Part shown: positions 20,278 to 30,050 of the stretch, piece by piece
Numbering within the stretch: the first letter of the stretch is position 1
Layout of the letters: every line of letters starts with the position of its first letter
Assembly (NCBI GenBank): GCA_039809385.1
Contig: JBDHUY010000006.1
Span: forward strand, 1-64,000
Source of the DNA: Candidatus Altimarinota bacterium
GTDB lineage: Bacteria; Patescibacteriota; Gracilibacteria; JBDHUY01
Direction of reading: 5' to 3'
DNA length: 64,000 nt
Position numbers and translations under genes: made by a program
Notes under the pieces: model-generated
Told to the model about the DNA's origin: nothing
Databases searched by the model: none
The model's input: only the letters and a program-made list of their open reading frames with translations

Positions 20278-21804
20278 ATGATAACCGAAACGATTCTTTT
20301 CACCCTGATCGGACTCATCGTGGGAGGAGTAGCTGCCTATTTTGTCACCAGTCCCAAAACCAAAAAGATCGAAGCCCAGGCCGCGGCCCAACAGGAAAAA
20401 CTCCTGAAAGAAGCCGAGATAAAAGCCAAGGAGATCGTGGTCGAAGCCAAGAACGAATCGAACCGTATTCTGGACACTGCCAAAAAGGACGAACAAGCCC
20501 GGCGTCAGAATCTGGAAAAGATTGAAGCCCGCCTGACCAGCAAAGAAGAGATATTGGACGAAAAAACCGAAAAACTCGAGATGGTCAAAGTAAAACTGGA
20601 GGAAAAAAGTGTGGAATTGAAAGAGCGCCGCGACGAGCTCGATCAGACCGAAATCAAGATGAATATGGAACTGGAACGGATTTCGAATCTGAGCAAGGAG
20701 GAGGCTAAAGATATTTTGTTCAAACGCTACGAGGATGAGTATCAGGCCGATATCGTGAAGCATGTGAAACGGATTGAGACCGATATGGAAGAAGAAGCTG
20801 ATAAAAAAGCTAAAAAAATTCTGGCTTTGGCGATCCAGCGTTATGCTTCCGAAGTCGCCAGCGAGGCCACCACGACCGTGGTGGAGCTGCCCAATGACGA
20901 AATGAAAGGACGCATTATCGGCAAAGAAGGACGTAATATCAACGCCTTCGAGCAAAAAACCGGTATTGACGTGATCGTCGACGATACGCCCGGATCAATT
21001 CTGATCTCGGGATTTGACCTGCTGCGTCGCTACATCGCCAAACAATCGCTAGAAGAGCTGATCAAAGACGGACGGATCCATCCGGCCCGTATCGAAGAGA
21101 CAGTGGAAAAAGTAACCCGCGAAACCAACGAATTGATCAAAGATTCGGGAGAAAAAGCCTGCTTTGAACTGGGAATTACGGGCTTCCCGGCCGATCTGAT
21201 GAAGCTGGTCGGACGCCTGCGTTTCAGAACCAGCTACGGCCAGAATGTGCTGAAACATTCGATCGAAGTCGGATTTCTGGCGGCAGCCATAGCCGGAGAG
21301 ATCGGCGCTGACGTGGATCTGGCTAAAAAAGGCGGATTTCTGCACGATATCGGCAAAGCGGTCGACCATGAAATAGAAGGTACCCACGCTCTGATCGGCG
21401 GAAAAATCGCCCGCAAATTCGGACTCCCGGAACTGCTGGTCAACTGTATCGAAGCTCACCACGAAGAGGTGCCGTTCATGACCGTGGAAGCAATCATCGC
21501 CTCGGCCGCCGACGCGATTTCGGGTTCTCGTCCGGGAGCCCGCCGTGAATCATTGGAAGCCTATATTAAGCGTCTGAAAGAGCTGGAAGATTTGGCCAAT
21601 GGTTTCGAAGGCGTCAAAAAGAGCTTTGCGATTCAGGCCGGACGCGAGGTCCGTATCATCGTCGAACCCGAAAAACTCAACGATTTGCAGACGATGAACC
21701 TGTCTCATCAGATTGCCCGCAAGATTGAGGGAGAACTCAGTTACCCTGGTCAGATCAAGGTCAGCGTGATCCGGGAGACTCGCTCGGTCGATTTTGCGAA
21801 ATAG
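20278..21804 (+). CDS. rny: Ribonuclease Y
   Basis: N-terminal TM, coiled coil, KH domain (MKGRIIGKEGRNI), HD domain (LHDIGKA, ADAISGSRPGAR). Confidence 0.98.
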   Translation: MITETILFTLIGLIVGGVAAYFVTSPKTKKIEAQAAAQQEKLLKEAEIKAKEIVVEAKNESNRILDTAKKDEQARRQNLEKIEARLTSKEEILDEKTEKLEMVKVKLEEKSVELKERRDELDQTEIKMNMELERISNLSKEEAKDILFKRYEDEYQADIVKHVKRIETDMEEEADKKAKKILALAIQRYASEVASEATTTVVELPNDEMKGRIIGKEGRNINAFEQKTGIDVIVDDTPGSILISGFDLLRRYIAKQSLEELIKDGRIHPARIEETVEKVTRETNELIKDSGEKACFELGITGFPADLMKLVGRLRFRTSYGQNVLKHSIEVGFLAAAIAGEIGADVDLAKKGGFLHDIGKAVDHEIEGTHALIGGKIARKFGLPELLVNCIEAHHEEVPFMTVEAIIASAADAISGSRPGARRESLEAYIKRLKELEDLANGFEGVKKSFAIQAGREVRIIVEPEKLNDLQTMNLSHQIARKIEGELSYPGQIKVSVIRETRSVDFAK

Positions 21805-21856
21805 AGCAGAAGAAGCTAGAAGTTCGTGGTGAGTGTATCGTTGCGCAGGAATTGGG

Positions 21857-21887
21857 AGGTTCCAAGTTGTACTTGGAACCTTTTTTT
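21857..21887 (+). terminator. Intrinsic terminator after rny
   Basis: AGGTTCCAAG-ttgta-CTTGGAACCT followed by a T run. Confidence 0.85.
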
Positions 21888-22187
21888 GTTGTGGACAAAG
21901 TCGGCGGTTACAGGATGAAGTCTCTCGACTTGATCCTTACTATTTACAAAACGCACACGATGTTCGAATGAAAGATAAATTCTCCGGATCTTTCTGCGAG
22001 AGAAGATTTATAGGAAAATTTCCAAGCGATTAAGACTGATTTATGCAAAAGATTCTATGTACTGCTAACTCCTTTCGCTTTCAATTCTAAACGATGATAT
22101 CAGGAAGCATTTCATACTAATTCCGAATCTACATGATAGAAAAATCCATTGGTACGATGATAGAAAACCAAAATCACAACAGAACAC

Positions 22188-22280
22188 CAAATATCAAAGT
22201 TCGAAAAAACTGTGACAGGCAAGTATGATGCATGGTTTCTACGTTTGATATTGGATATTTGAGTTTATTTTGGCATTTGG
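22188..22280. repeat. Gene-less inverted heptamer-array element
   Basis: CAAATATCAAAGTTCGAAA ... TTTGATATTGGATATTTGAGTTTATTTTGGCATTTGGATTTTGAGCTTTGAGATT. Confidence 0.65.
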
Positions 22281-22387
22281 ATTTTGAGCTTTGAGATTAG
22301 ATTAACTGATATACATATATCACGTTGAAGTGGAAATAGTATCATAGTAATTGACCTGACCTTTAGTAAACCTGTTATAGCCTTCGT

Positions 22388-22522
22388 AGGGGGGATTAGC
22401 AAAGTCGTAACGTAAATATGGAAGTTACAAAAGCATATTACAAGAAATAGTACTGGCCGTCATCCCGACTGCTTGAGGTACACGCTACGAGAGAGTAGTA
22501 TTCACGGAAATGCATAACTCCT
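22388..22522 (+). ncRNA. Candidate structured small RNA of unknown family
   Basis: TTGACC (22351) and extended -10 TGnTATAGC just upstream; 5' AGGGGGGATTAGCA pairs imperfectly with 3' TGCATAACTCCT; internal hairpins and a possible H-type pseudoknot; no long ORF. Confidence 0.4.
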
Positions 22523-22553
22523 GAAAAACATCTACGATCGATTTTTGAACATC

Positions 22554-23135
22554 TCAGCCATTAAAACGATTCTGCGCCTCGGTAACGCCGTGTTGCAGGA
22601 TAAGCTCGACAATTGCGGGAGTCTGTTCGATCGAAGCCATGATAATTTCGCGATCGGCTTTGCTAAAGTGAGTCAGAACATGATCGCGGGTTTCGGTGGC
22701 GCCCTTCCCTCGTCCAATCCCGATCTTTACGCGAATAAAATCCGAACCGACCGTCGCGATAATAGATTTTATGCCGTTATGTCCTCCCGAGCCGCCCTCG
22801 GTCTTGATCCGTATTTTTCCCAGGGGCAGATCCAGATCGTCCTGAAACACCACAATCCGATTCGTGGGAATTTTATAGAATGACGCTGCCTTTTGGACAG
22901 AGCGGCCCGAGAGGTTCATGTACGTGAAAGGCGCCAGGAGCAACAGTTCTTTGTCGCCCCGGCTTCCTTTGGAGAACCAGCCTTCAAAGTTATTTTTTTC
23001 GCGGAAAGACGGCAACGAAAGCCGAGACTGAATCAGTTCGATACAGTCGAAACCGATATTGTGGCGGGTATGACGGTACTCTTTGCCCGGATTGCCCAGA
23101 CCGACCAGGAGGTAGGGGGAGTCTTCGTGAGCCAT
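22554..23135 (-). CDS. pth: Peptidyl-tRNA hydrolase
   Basis: VGLGNPG, TRHNIGF, YMNLSG, GGSGGHNGIKS. Confidence 0.97.
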   Translation of the reverse strand: MAHEDSPYLLVGLGNPGKEYRHTRHNIGFDCIELIQSRLSLPSFREKNNFEGWFSKGSRGDKELLLLAPFTYMNLSGRSVQKAASFYKIPTNRIVVFQDDLDLPLGKIRIKTEGGSGGHNGIKSIIATVGSDFIRVKIGIGRGKGATETRDHVLTHFSKADREIIMASIEQTPAIVELILQHGVTEAQNRFNG

Positions 23136-23284
23136 AGAAGGAGGCAGAGATTGAGTAGAGAGTGTATGCGACAGGAGTATCAGAAGTATAAAGTATTACG
23201 TAGTAAGTATAAAGTATTTGGTATCAGACAGCGTTTTTTATCTTTCTCATCTTATTTTCTCCGTTTCAGATTCCCAACTTTAAG

Positions 23285-23545
23285 AGAGCGTCTGAAAAGT
23301 TTTCAAGGCGGTGGATGCGTCATTCCGGCCCCGAAGGGGAGCCTTCGGTTCTTGCCCGCCTGCCCCGCCCATGGCGTGGGGAATCCGGGTATGGTTGTTG
23401 CATGAGGAACGAGAGCGGTGTTCTCGGTAATTCCAATGCATTACTCTTCAATAAGCGCCTTAAACAGGCTCCGGGCGTGTACGGATGCCCCGCCAGGGCG
23501 GGGCATGACGGTAAAAAAGGAATGATCTATATTTTTCAGACAGGT
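23285..23545. mobile_element. Gene-less palindromic MITE-like element (GTCATTCC...GGAATCC / GGATG...GGCATGAC type)
   Basis: CGTCATTCCGGC at 23318 versus GGGCATGACG ending 23510; GC-rich nested hairpins; outer inverted repeat GTCTGAAAA/TTTTCAGAC. Confidence 0.6.
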
Positions 23546-23675
23546 TTTTATGGATCACTACGGGACTCCTTTGGGGCTTTATACCTAAAAAATTATTTTT
23601 CAAATTGAAACCTGAAAGTTCCGAATTTATACTGGGTATACATACGAATATTTCCTATCGGTTTTGCTTTTCCAA

Positions 23676-24638
23676 ATGCGCAAAATTCTATTTTCTTTTT
23701 GTCTATTTTTAGCCCTTTTAGGGAGTAATACGGCAATTTTTTCCTGGTACGGACAAGCAGTGATTACCAACCCTCTATGGTATCGGCAGCAGAGCTTAAC
23801 AGTATACGACAAAATTATTGTCGAAGCTTCTCGGCAACTGTTCGAAGCCGAAAGCGTGCTCAATACCTATTTCACGATTCAGGATATCACCGCAGTCTTG
23901 CGCAAGAGTATTCCGCCAGAACGGATACAAGATACGACCGCTCAGATAGTTACCTATTTCGGCCTGGGCAGCGGCGATGTCAATGAAGTGGTCAATCTGA
24001 CGTGGCTAAAAACGAGTCTCAAGATCGAGTTAAAGCGTTTCTTGATTCAATTCATCCAGAATCTCCCCCCCTGCCCGCCCGAAAAACCGGCCGGGGATGT
24101 ACACAGCTGCCGCCCTTTTCTGGATACATCGTACGAAGCGATCGAGGTGTATATAGACGGGATCGTTCCGGTTGCTACGTTGACCGATAAGATTCCCGAA
24201 ACTGTCTCATTGCCGCAAAGCGATACGCGTATTGCCGAAGCGGTTCGATATACACATCTGATTCCGTGGTATATTCCGGGATTAGGAAGCCTATTCGTAT
24301 TACTGATCGCGGGTATTTTGGTACGAAAAAAAATAAGTCGATTTTTCCGGGGACTAACGATTATCAGTCTTCTAACCGCTATCGGGACTTTTGCTTGGTA
24401 CTTTGTGGGCTCGAATCTGCTTTCGTTTCTGGAATACAGTTTGCAACAAGCCTCGCTGGGGCCGGAAAAAGGCTACCTTTCTATATTGCTCAATGTGCTG
24501 GGAGAAGGATTAAAGCAGGCTTTCTGGCCACTGGTGGCGGGGGCTTTCGTCGTAACGATTATCAGCGGACTGGCTTGGACGGGCGCGTGGTGGGCAACCC
24601 GATCACGAATAAAGACACGCGTAAACGGAGAGCAATGA
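23676..24638 (+). CDS. Hypothetical membrane protein
   Basis: N-terminal TM, soluble domain with a Cys pair, three C-terminal TM segments. Confidence 0.75.
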   Translation: MRKILFSFCLFLALLGSNTAIFSWYGQAVITNPLWYRQQSLTVYDKIIVEASRQLFEAESVLNTYFTIQDITAVLRKSIPPERIQDTTAQIVTYFGLGSGDVNEVVNLTWLKTSLKIELKRFLIQFIQNLPPCPPEKPAGDVHSCRPFLDTSYEAIEVYIDGIVPVATLTDKIPETVSLPQSDTRIAEAVRYTHLIPWYIPGLGSLFVLLIAGILVRKKISRFFRGLTIISLLTAIGTFAWYFVGSNLLSFLEYSLQQASLGPEKGYLSILLNVLGEGLKQAFWPLVAGAFVVTIISGLAWTGAWWATRSRIKTRVNGEQ

Positions 24639-24747
24639 AGCGCGTGGAACCCGTTTACAACAAGACCTTGTCATCTTATTTTTATTGCGAAAGATAGAAA
24701 AAGTAGTATATATAATAAAATATACTGGTTTTTAAACAAGCGAATCA

Positions 24748-25773
24748 ATGACACTTGAGAAAAAAGAAGAAACTCCGATCGAAGAATCGATCGAGATTAT
24801 CTTTCATAATAACTTGCAAGCTCTACGTTTTGCCGTGACCAGAAAATACGGAAGTGCCAATGTCTATGCGTCGGGGGAAGCGCTCTACTGGCTCATTTTC
24901 GATCACGGGAATGTGGAAGCTCTTATAACAGAACTTAACATCACATACGACGAGAAATTTCCGAAAAAACTCGATCGGTTGAGAAAAAATCTGTTGGTAC
25001 CTAATGGAGTAAAACTTCCGAGTAAAGAAGATTTCATCAAGATGGTGTTGAAAGCTTTTACCGATGGAGAAGATGTGCGCGCCTCTCTCTACCCCCAAGC
25101 GCGAGAAGCGCTAGAGACCATTATGCTGCAGGGACCGGTCCGTATCTGGACTGCGGGCGATATGGAAGGCGTTACGTGGGAAGAACTCACCATTCCCGGC
25201 AGTAAAGAACAATTAACCAAGGTTGGAAAAAGCCGGATCAGCACGGTGCGTAACAAAGTTGCAAAAGTTCTTCAAAGCGATAGTCGTGTTACGGATTTAG
25301 AAAAAGGAGGAAAGATAGATCGCACGAAATACAGGCAGGATCGCACCCACTTATTTAGTATTCGGGCGGCCGAAAACAAAATAAACCTGCTCCCTGAAAT
25401 CGCCCGGGAATTTAGCGAAATGGGAGTAGAAAAACTGGCAATCATCGAAGACCGGCTGGAAAATCTCGAGAAAGCACGCGCAAAACTCAAAGAAACAGGC
25501 CTACCGGAGGAATCCCTGAATCTGGTATGGGTGCGACAAGGAATTTATAAAGACAGTATCCCGAAATACCTGAACGGCCAAGTCCCATCCGATATCCATT
25601 CGGTAAGCAATTTGTCCGAACTCAAACAGTATGTTACGACTGTTACAGAAAGAAACGAGAAGCCCGGCTTTGTCGTGGACTTTGACGGCGTTTTATCCGA
25701 CGACGAAAAACGACAAGAGCTTCAAAATGGGGCCGTCTACGCCGCTTGCCAAGAGCGCGGGTGGGTTTTATAG
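24748..25773 (+). CDS. HAD-like hydrolase, apparently circularly permuted
   Basis: LYPQAREAL..VRIWTAG (motif II), ENK (III), IIEDRLENL (IV), with VVDFDGVL (motif I) at the C-terminus. Confidence 0.6.
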   Translation: MTLEKKEETPIEESIEIIFHNNLQALRFAVTRKYGSANVYASGEALYWLIFDHGNVEALITELNITYDEKFPKKLDRLRKNLLVPNGVKLPSKEDFIKMVLKAFTDGEDVRASLYPQAREALETIMLQGPVRIWTAGDMEGVTWEELTIPGSKEQLTKVGKSRISTVRNKVAKVLQSDSRVTDLEKGGKIDRTKYRQDRTHLFSIRAAENKINLLPEIAREFSEMGVEKLAIIEDRLENLEKARAKLKETGLPEESLNLVWVRQGIYKDSIPKYLNGQVPSDIHSVSNLSELKQYVTTVTERNEKPGFVVDFDGVLSDDEKRQELQNGAVYAACQERGWVL

Positions 25774-25807
25774 TAAGAACTGTCCTCTCATTTTTTCTCA
25801 AGAGAAT

Positions 25808-26419
25808 ATGCCACTTTCCGATGAAGCTCTCATTGAGAAGTTTCTCTCTTCGATTCAGGCTACTCCGTACAAGACCAAGCAACTATTTACCATCGGATTT
25901 ATCGGCGTGGTGGGAAGCGGCAAGTCAACCATAGCCAAAGCACTGGCAGATCAGACAGGACTCTACATCGCTAGCAACGATGTGATCCGGCGTTTTTTGA
26001 ATGCCGAAGGATATGAAGGCGACCACCCAAATCAACCTTTGTTAGAAAAGATCGCGGTGGCTAGTTCGGATTATCTATTCAACCAACATATCAGCCACAT
26101 CATCGATGCGGATATGATAAAAGTTCATGCGATCGCGCGAGAAATGGCCCGGAAACACGGAGCGCGGTTGATCCTGATCCGGCTCTCGTGTCCGGAAGCG
26201 GTCATTCTGGAACGGCTGGAAGAGAGAACCAGACAAATCGCGCGCGATCCTGCCTCCAACGTTTCGCGCGCCGATCGTTCGGAATACGATACGCGCAAAA
26301 AAGTTCATGAAACCTTTCCGCTTCCCGACGACATTTTCTGCACGATTCATACTGACCGGCCACTCCCTGCACAAATACAGAAGTGCATCGAACAGCTCAA
26401 GGAGGAAAATTTCTTATAA
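25808..26419 (+). CDS. P-loop kinase (AAA_33-like)
   Basis: GVVGSGKST, SNDVIR, IIDA, ERLEER. Confidence 0.8.
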   Translation: MPLSDEALIEKFLSSIQATPYKTKQLFTIGFIGVVGSGKSTIAKALADQTGLYIASNDVIRRFLNAEGYEGDHPNQPLLEKIAVASSDYLFNQHISHIIDADMIKVHAIAREMARKHGARLILIRLSCPEAVILERLEERTRQIARDPASNVSRADRSEYDTRKKVHETFPLPDDIFCTIHTDRPLPAQIQKCIEQLKEENFL

Positions 26420-26434
26420 TAACCATGCTTTCAT

Positions 26435-26998
26435 ATGTCTCACAAAAAACTTATTATTATTTCCGGTCTGCCGGGAACGGGAAAAACTACGATCAGTAAG
26501 CGAATCGCGAACGAATACCAGATCCCGATACTCAATCGGGACGGCCTCAAAGAAGTTCTGTTCGACTCGCTGGGGTGGTCCGACCGGGAATGGTCCAGAA
26601 AGCTGGGAAAAGCCAGCTACGCTTTGCTGTATGACCTCATGGAACGTCTGTTTCAGTACCAAGATCGCTTGATCGTCGAGAGCAATTTCAATGCGAAATT
26701 CGATCATGAGCCATTGCTGAAGATTACCGGAAAATACGATCTTTCCACCTTACAAATCGTTTGTCACGCCGAAGGAGAAGTCTTATGGAAACGCTTCCAG
26801 AAGCGATCCGAGTCGGGAGAACGACATCCGGGACATGTGGATAGCGGAAACTATGCAGAGTTTAAAGAGCTGTTATTGAACGGCCATAACTACGAGTCGC
26901 TGGAATTAAAGGGAGAAGTGCTACGAGTCGACACGACCGACTTTGAAGGGATCGACTACCCTGTGTTATATACCAGCATTCGTTCCTTTCTTTCATGA
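26435..26998 (+). CDS. P-loop kinase (AAA_33-like)
   Basis: SGLPGTGKTT, RDGLKE, RFQKR..RHPGH. Confidence 0.85.
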   Translation: MSHKKLIIISGLPGTGKTTISKRIANEYQIPILNRDGLKEVLFDSLGWSDREWSRKLGKASYALLYDLMERLFQYQDRLIVESNFNAKFDHEPLLKITGKYDLSTLQIVCHAEGEVLWKRFQKRSESGERHPGHVDSGNYAEFKELLLNGHNYESLELKGEVLRVDTTDFEGIDYPVLYTSIRSFLS

Positions 26999-27582
26999 AA
27001 AATCTCGACTCTCTGCTGAGCTTTACGCGGCTTTTGCACCAATTCCAGGCCATAAAACGAAAAATACTGATTCCGGAAACAGATAGGTACGAAAACGACG
27101 CCGAACACAGCTATCAGCTGGCCATGACAGCCTGGTATCTGATTTCTGCGAACAGCCTGAACCTGAATCTGGAAAAAGTGCTCAAGTACGCCCTCCTCCA
27201 TGATCTGGTCGAGGTATATGCCGGAGATACGTATGCCTATGCTTCGGAAGAGGAAAAAACGAGCAAGCACGACCGCGAACAAAAGGCTCTCGAGCAGCTG
27301 AAGCGCGAATTTCCCGAATTCGAGGACCTCTCCGAGATTATCCAGGCATACGAGCAGAAAGATTCTCCCGAAAGCCGCTTCGTCTACGCGCTGGACAAGC
27401 TTCTACCGATGATGAATACCTATCTTGACCAAGGGCGCACCTGGAAAAGGCAACATATTTCGCTTGAAGAGATCGTTGCGTATAAGAAACCGAAAATGCA
27501 ACTCTCCTTACCGGTTAAAGCATATTATGATACGCTGCTAGAAATTCTTCGAAAACACCGCTCCGATTTTTTTAACGAATGA
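26995..27582 (+). CDS. HD-domain 5'-deoxynucleotidase-like protein (YfbR/HDDC2 family)
   Basis: ENDAEHSY, LLHDLVEVYAGD, ALDKL. Confidence 0.9.
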   Translation: MKNLDSLLSFTRLLHQFQAIKRKILIPETDRYENDAEHSYQLAMTAWYLISANSLNLNLEKVLKYALLHDLVEVYAGDTYAYASEEEKTSKHDREQKALEQLKREFPEFEDLSEIIQAYEQKDSPESRFVYALDKLLPMMNTYLDQGRTWKRQHISLEEIVAYKKPKMQLSLPVKAYYDTLLEILRKHRSDFFNE

Positions 27583-27588
27583 TGCTTT

Positions 27589-28125
27589 ATGAAAGTTATC
27601 GTAGGTTCGACCAATTCAGCCAAAATCGAGGCTGTCAGCAAGGCTTTTTTACGAATGTTCAAAGAAGCAGAGGTAGATGTTACTGGAATCAAGGTAGATT
27701 CGGGAGTAGCCAGCCAGCCCAGAGGTATGGAGGATACGATCCAGGGAGCGATAAACAGAGCTCGGGGTGCTTTGGAAGAAGTCGCCGGTGCAGATTTGGG
27801 AGTAGGTTTGGAGGCAGGTTTATTTGAAATCAACGGCGATTGGTTCACCGGGGGTATCGTAGCAATCATTGCGCCGAATAAAGAACCTTCGATTGGAATT
27901 AGTACCATGATCAAGGTACACAAAGACATCATGATATCGGTAGATAACGGGAAAGATCTGGGTACGGCGATCAATGAATATTTTCAGGTAACAAACGCCC
28001 AGCATCAAGGCGGCTATTTTGGCATCATGACGAATCAACGTTTGACCCGCGAAAGTGTTTTTAGAGACGCTTGTATCGCGGCGTTGGCAGGGATGGGAAG
28101 GGAAAATGATTTCTCACGTAATTAG
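27589..28125 (+). CDS. yjjX: Inosine/xanthosine triphosphatase (YjjX family)
   Basis: VGSTNSAKIEAV, VDSGVASQP, GAINRA, GVGLEAG. Confidence 0.9.
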   Translation: MKVIVGSTNSAKIEAVSKAFLRMFKEAEVDVTGIKVDSGVASQPRGMEDTIQGAINRARGALEEVAGADLGVGLEAGLFEINGDWFTGGIVAIIAPNKEPSIGISTMIKVHKDIMISVDNGKDLGTAINEYFQVTNAQHQGGYFGIMTNQRLTRESVFRDACIAALAGMGRENDFSRN

Positions 28126-28276
28126 AAATGAAGAACTATTATACCAATTCCATTTCGAACCAAGACTACGCTACATCAAAGTAGATTTTGTAAAATGCGA
28201 AGAGCAGGTTAGGAGACCATACTCTTGCGATAATTTTTCATTTTACACTTTTCATTTTGCATTGCTCTGCTCCTCC

Positions 28277-29134
28277 ATGCACCTTCACGTCCTCCCTCTC
28301 CTTCAAGTGATTCCCACAGGAAAGATTTCGACCTACGGCGATATGGCCCGCTTTTTGGGAGTCCCGAAAAATAGCCGGCAGATCGGCTATATTCTGGGGC
28401 ATAACGACTATCCGGATGTTTTTCCGTGTTACAAAGTGGTCGCAACCAACGGCTCGATCGGCGGCTATTCGGCCAGCAAAGGTATTCTTACCAAGATCGG
28501 TTTGCTGAAAAAGGACGGAATCGGCATGTCGGAAAAAACGGTTGAGAACTTTGGCGAGCGCCGCTGGGAACCTGAGTGGCATTCGTATTTTGTGGCGTTG
28601 CCCCTGGATGGTGAAAACAAACGGCGCTTTCGGGAGGTATATGAAGAAGTGTCTAAAGCCGTGCCTGACGGGATTGTCTCATTTCAAAAGCCCGAGACAC
28701 CCCACGTAACCCTGCATTTTTTCGGGAATCTGTCTTTCTCAGAACTGGCAGAAATAGTCGTTCGATTGCGAAAATGGGAAAAGTCTTTGAAAAAGATGCC
28801 GCCCATTAAGCTGCGGTTTCAAAAACTGGATTATTTTCGCGAGAAAGGGGAAGTACGAGTCGGTTTTTTTGGAATGGCGGATGGAGACAAAGCATTGACC
28901 GAGTTTCAGCTCGGAATCATGGAACTGTTGGGAGTGGAAAACACGAGATCGTATCGTCCGCACATTACCCTTTTTCGCGTTATGGACACGGCGCGGTTTG
29001 AACAATACAAAGAGCGGATCGAGAGGGTAGCGAACAATATGGAATTTACGCTTAATTTTCAAACCATCCGTCTCTCCGGCGCGGCCGACACGGTACACCA
29101 AATCCCGCTGGCGGATTTTGGAAAAGTAGGATGA
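28277..29134 (+). CDS. Fusion of an MGMT/Ogt-like DNA-alkylation domain and a 2H phosphoesterase (LigT/ThpR-like)
   Basis: IPTGKISTYGDMA..RQIG..PCYKVV..GGY, then two HxT motifs (PHVTL, PHITL). Confidence 0.85.
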   Translation: MHLHVLPLLQVIPTGKISTYGDMARFLGVPKNSRQIGYILGHNDYPDVFPCYKVVATNGSIGGYSASKGILTKIGLLKKDGIGMSEKTVENFGERRWEPEWHSYFVALPLDGENKRRFREVYEEVSKAVPDGIVSFQKPETPHVTLHFFGNLSFSELAEIVVRLRKWEKSLKKMPPIKLRFQKLDYFREKGEVRVGFFGMADGDKALTEFQLGIMELLGVENTRSYRPHITLFRVMDTARFEQYKERIERVANNMEFTLNFQTIRLSGAADTVHQIPLADFGKVG

Positions 29135-29240
29135 ATGAGAAACTTAGGTGGAAGGTGGTGCTTTGGGAAAAGCAGAAAAGTGAGCAGTGACGATTCGCTT
29201 TTGGTTTGAACATCATGTTGCTACTTTTCTGCTTTTTTTG

Positions 29241-30050
29241 CTAATTTAACTTTACAGCTTTTACCGAAACCTTCCTTCCAATTTGGCTCGAGGTTAGGAA
29301 TTCAAACCTTACATCATGTTTCCGCCGCACGATGTCTACCCAATGCTGCGGAACGATGAGTACAAATATCTCTTTAGCTTTACCATCCATGTCTTTGGTT
29401 GAGATATAGCACTGCCGTTTTTCTGACCCTGCTGTAAGTTGAAAGGGATAGTCACTTTGGAACATCACCCAATCGGTGTCCCATTTCCTAAATTGACTAT
29501 TCGAGAAAATGGTTGATACGTTGTCAACAAAGAGGAATTCCATCTTCGCACTCTCTGTGAATAATATAAAATCCGAGACTCCTCCTTTCAGTGGGTACAT
29601 ATTAATTTTATCAAGACAGACTATGTCAGCCTTGGAAAGTTTATGTACAGGCACAAATTGAAAAACTTGTCCTTTGAATGCTGGTGTAATGGTTATAAGG
29701 ATATTGAAACTTCCGGTTTTACATGATCGAAAAGCGAGTTTGTTCTTCTTTGTTTTTAAAAAAACGTCAACACTTGGAACAAAAAACTCTTTTACCCCTT
29801 CAAAAGTCTCTTCTTGGCCAATTACTCCATCACACTGCATGCTGGAAAGTACTTGCACTTGAAACCTGCTTTTGCTTGAGACTCTCCAAGATACGTTAAT
29901 TGGAGATTTTATGATTACAGGCTCAGAGATTTCAGCTGAAAACATGTTTAGACGATGATCAGTGAATATCTCATAATAATCTTGACCAAAAGCGGGGTTA
30001 CCAAGCAGAATGGTTATGATGGCGAATACTAGCAACGTGTTCTTGAACAT
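29241..30050 (-). CDS. Secreted hypothetical protein (ORFan-like)
   Basis: Signal peptide MFKNTLLVFAIITILLGNPAFG; SD GAGGT 7 nt upstream; own promoter and structured leader. Confidence 0.7.
   Translation of the reverse strand: MFKNTLLVFAIITILLGNPAFGQDYYEIFTDHRLNMFSAEISEPVIIKSPINVSWRVSSKSRFQVQVLSSMQCDGVIGQEETFEGVKEFFVPSVDVFLKTKKNKLAFRSCKTGSFNILITITPAFKGQVFQFVPVHKLSKADIVCLDKINMYPLKGGVSDFILFTESAKMEFLFVDNVSTIFSNSQFRKWDTDWVMFQSDYPFQLTAGSEKRQCYISTKDMDGKAKEIFVLIVPQHWVDIVRRKHDVRFEFLTSSQIGRKVSVKAVKLN

Noticed and set aside
20269-21462. Long antisense ORFs over rny and similar shadow ORFs elsewhere (e.g. 123-446, 63623-63993)
   Set aside because: They overlap well-supported genes on the other strand or frame and lack recognisable motifs.
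22388-22522. tmRNA, tRNA or SRP RNA assignment for the GGGG-starting RNA
   Set aside because: No T-loop or CCA end, no tag frame of suitable length and no SRP GGAA/AGCAG motif.
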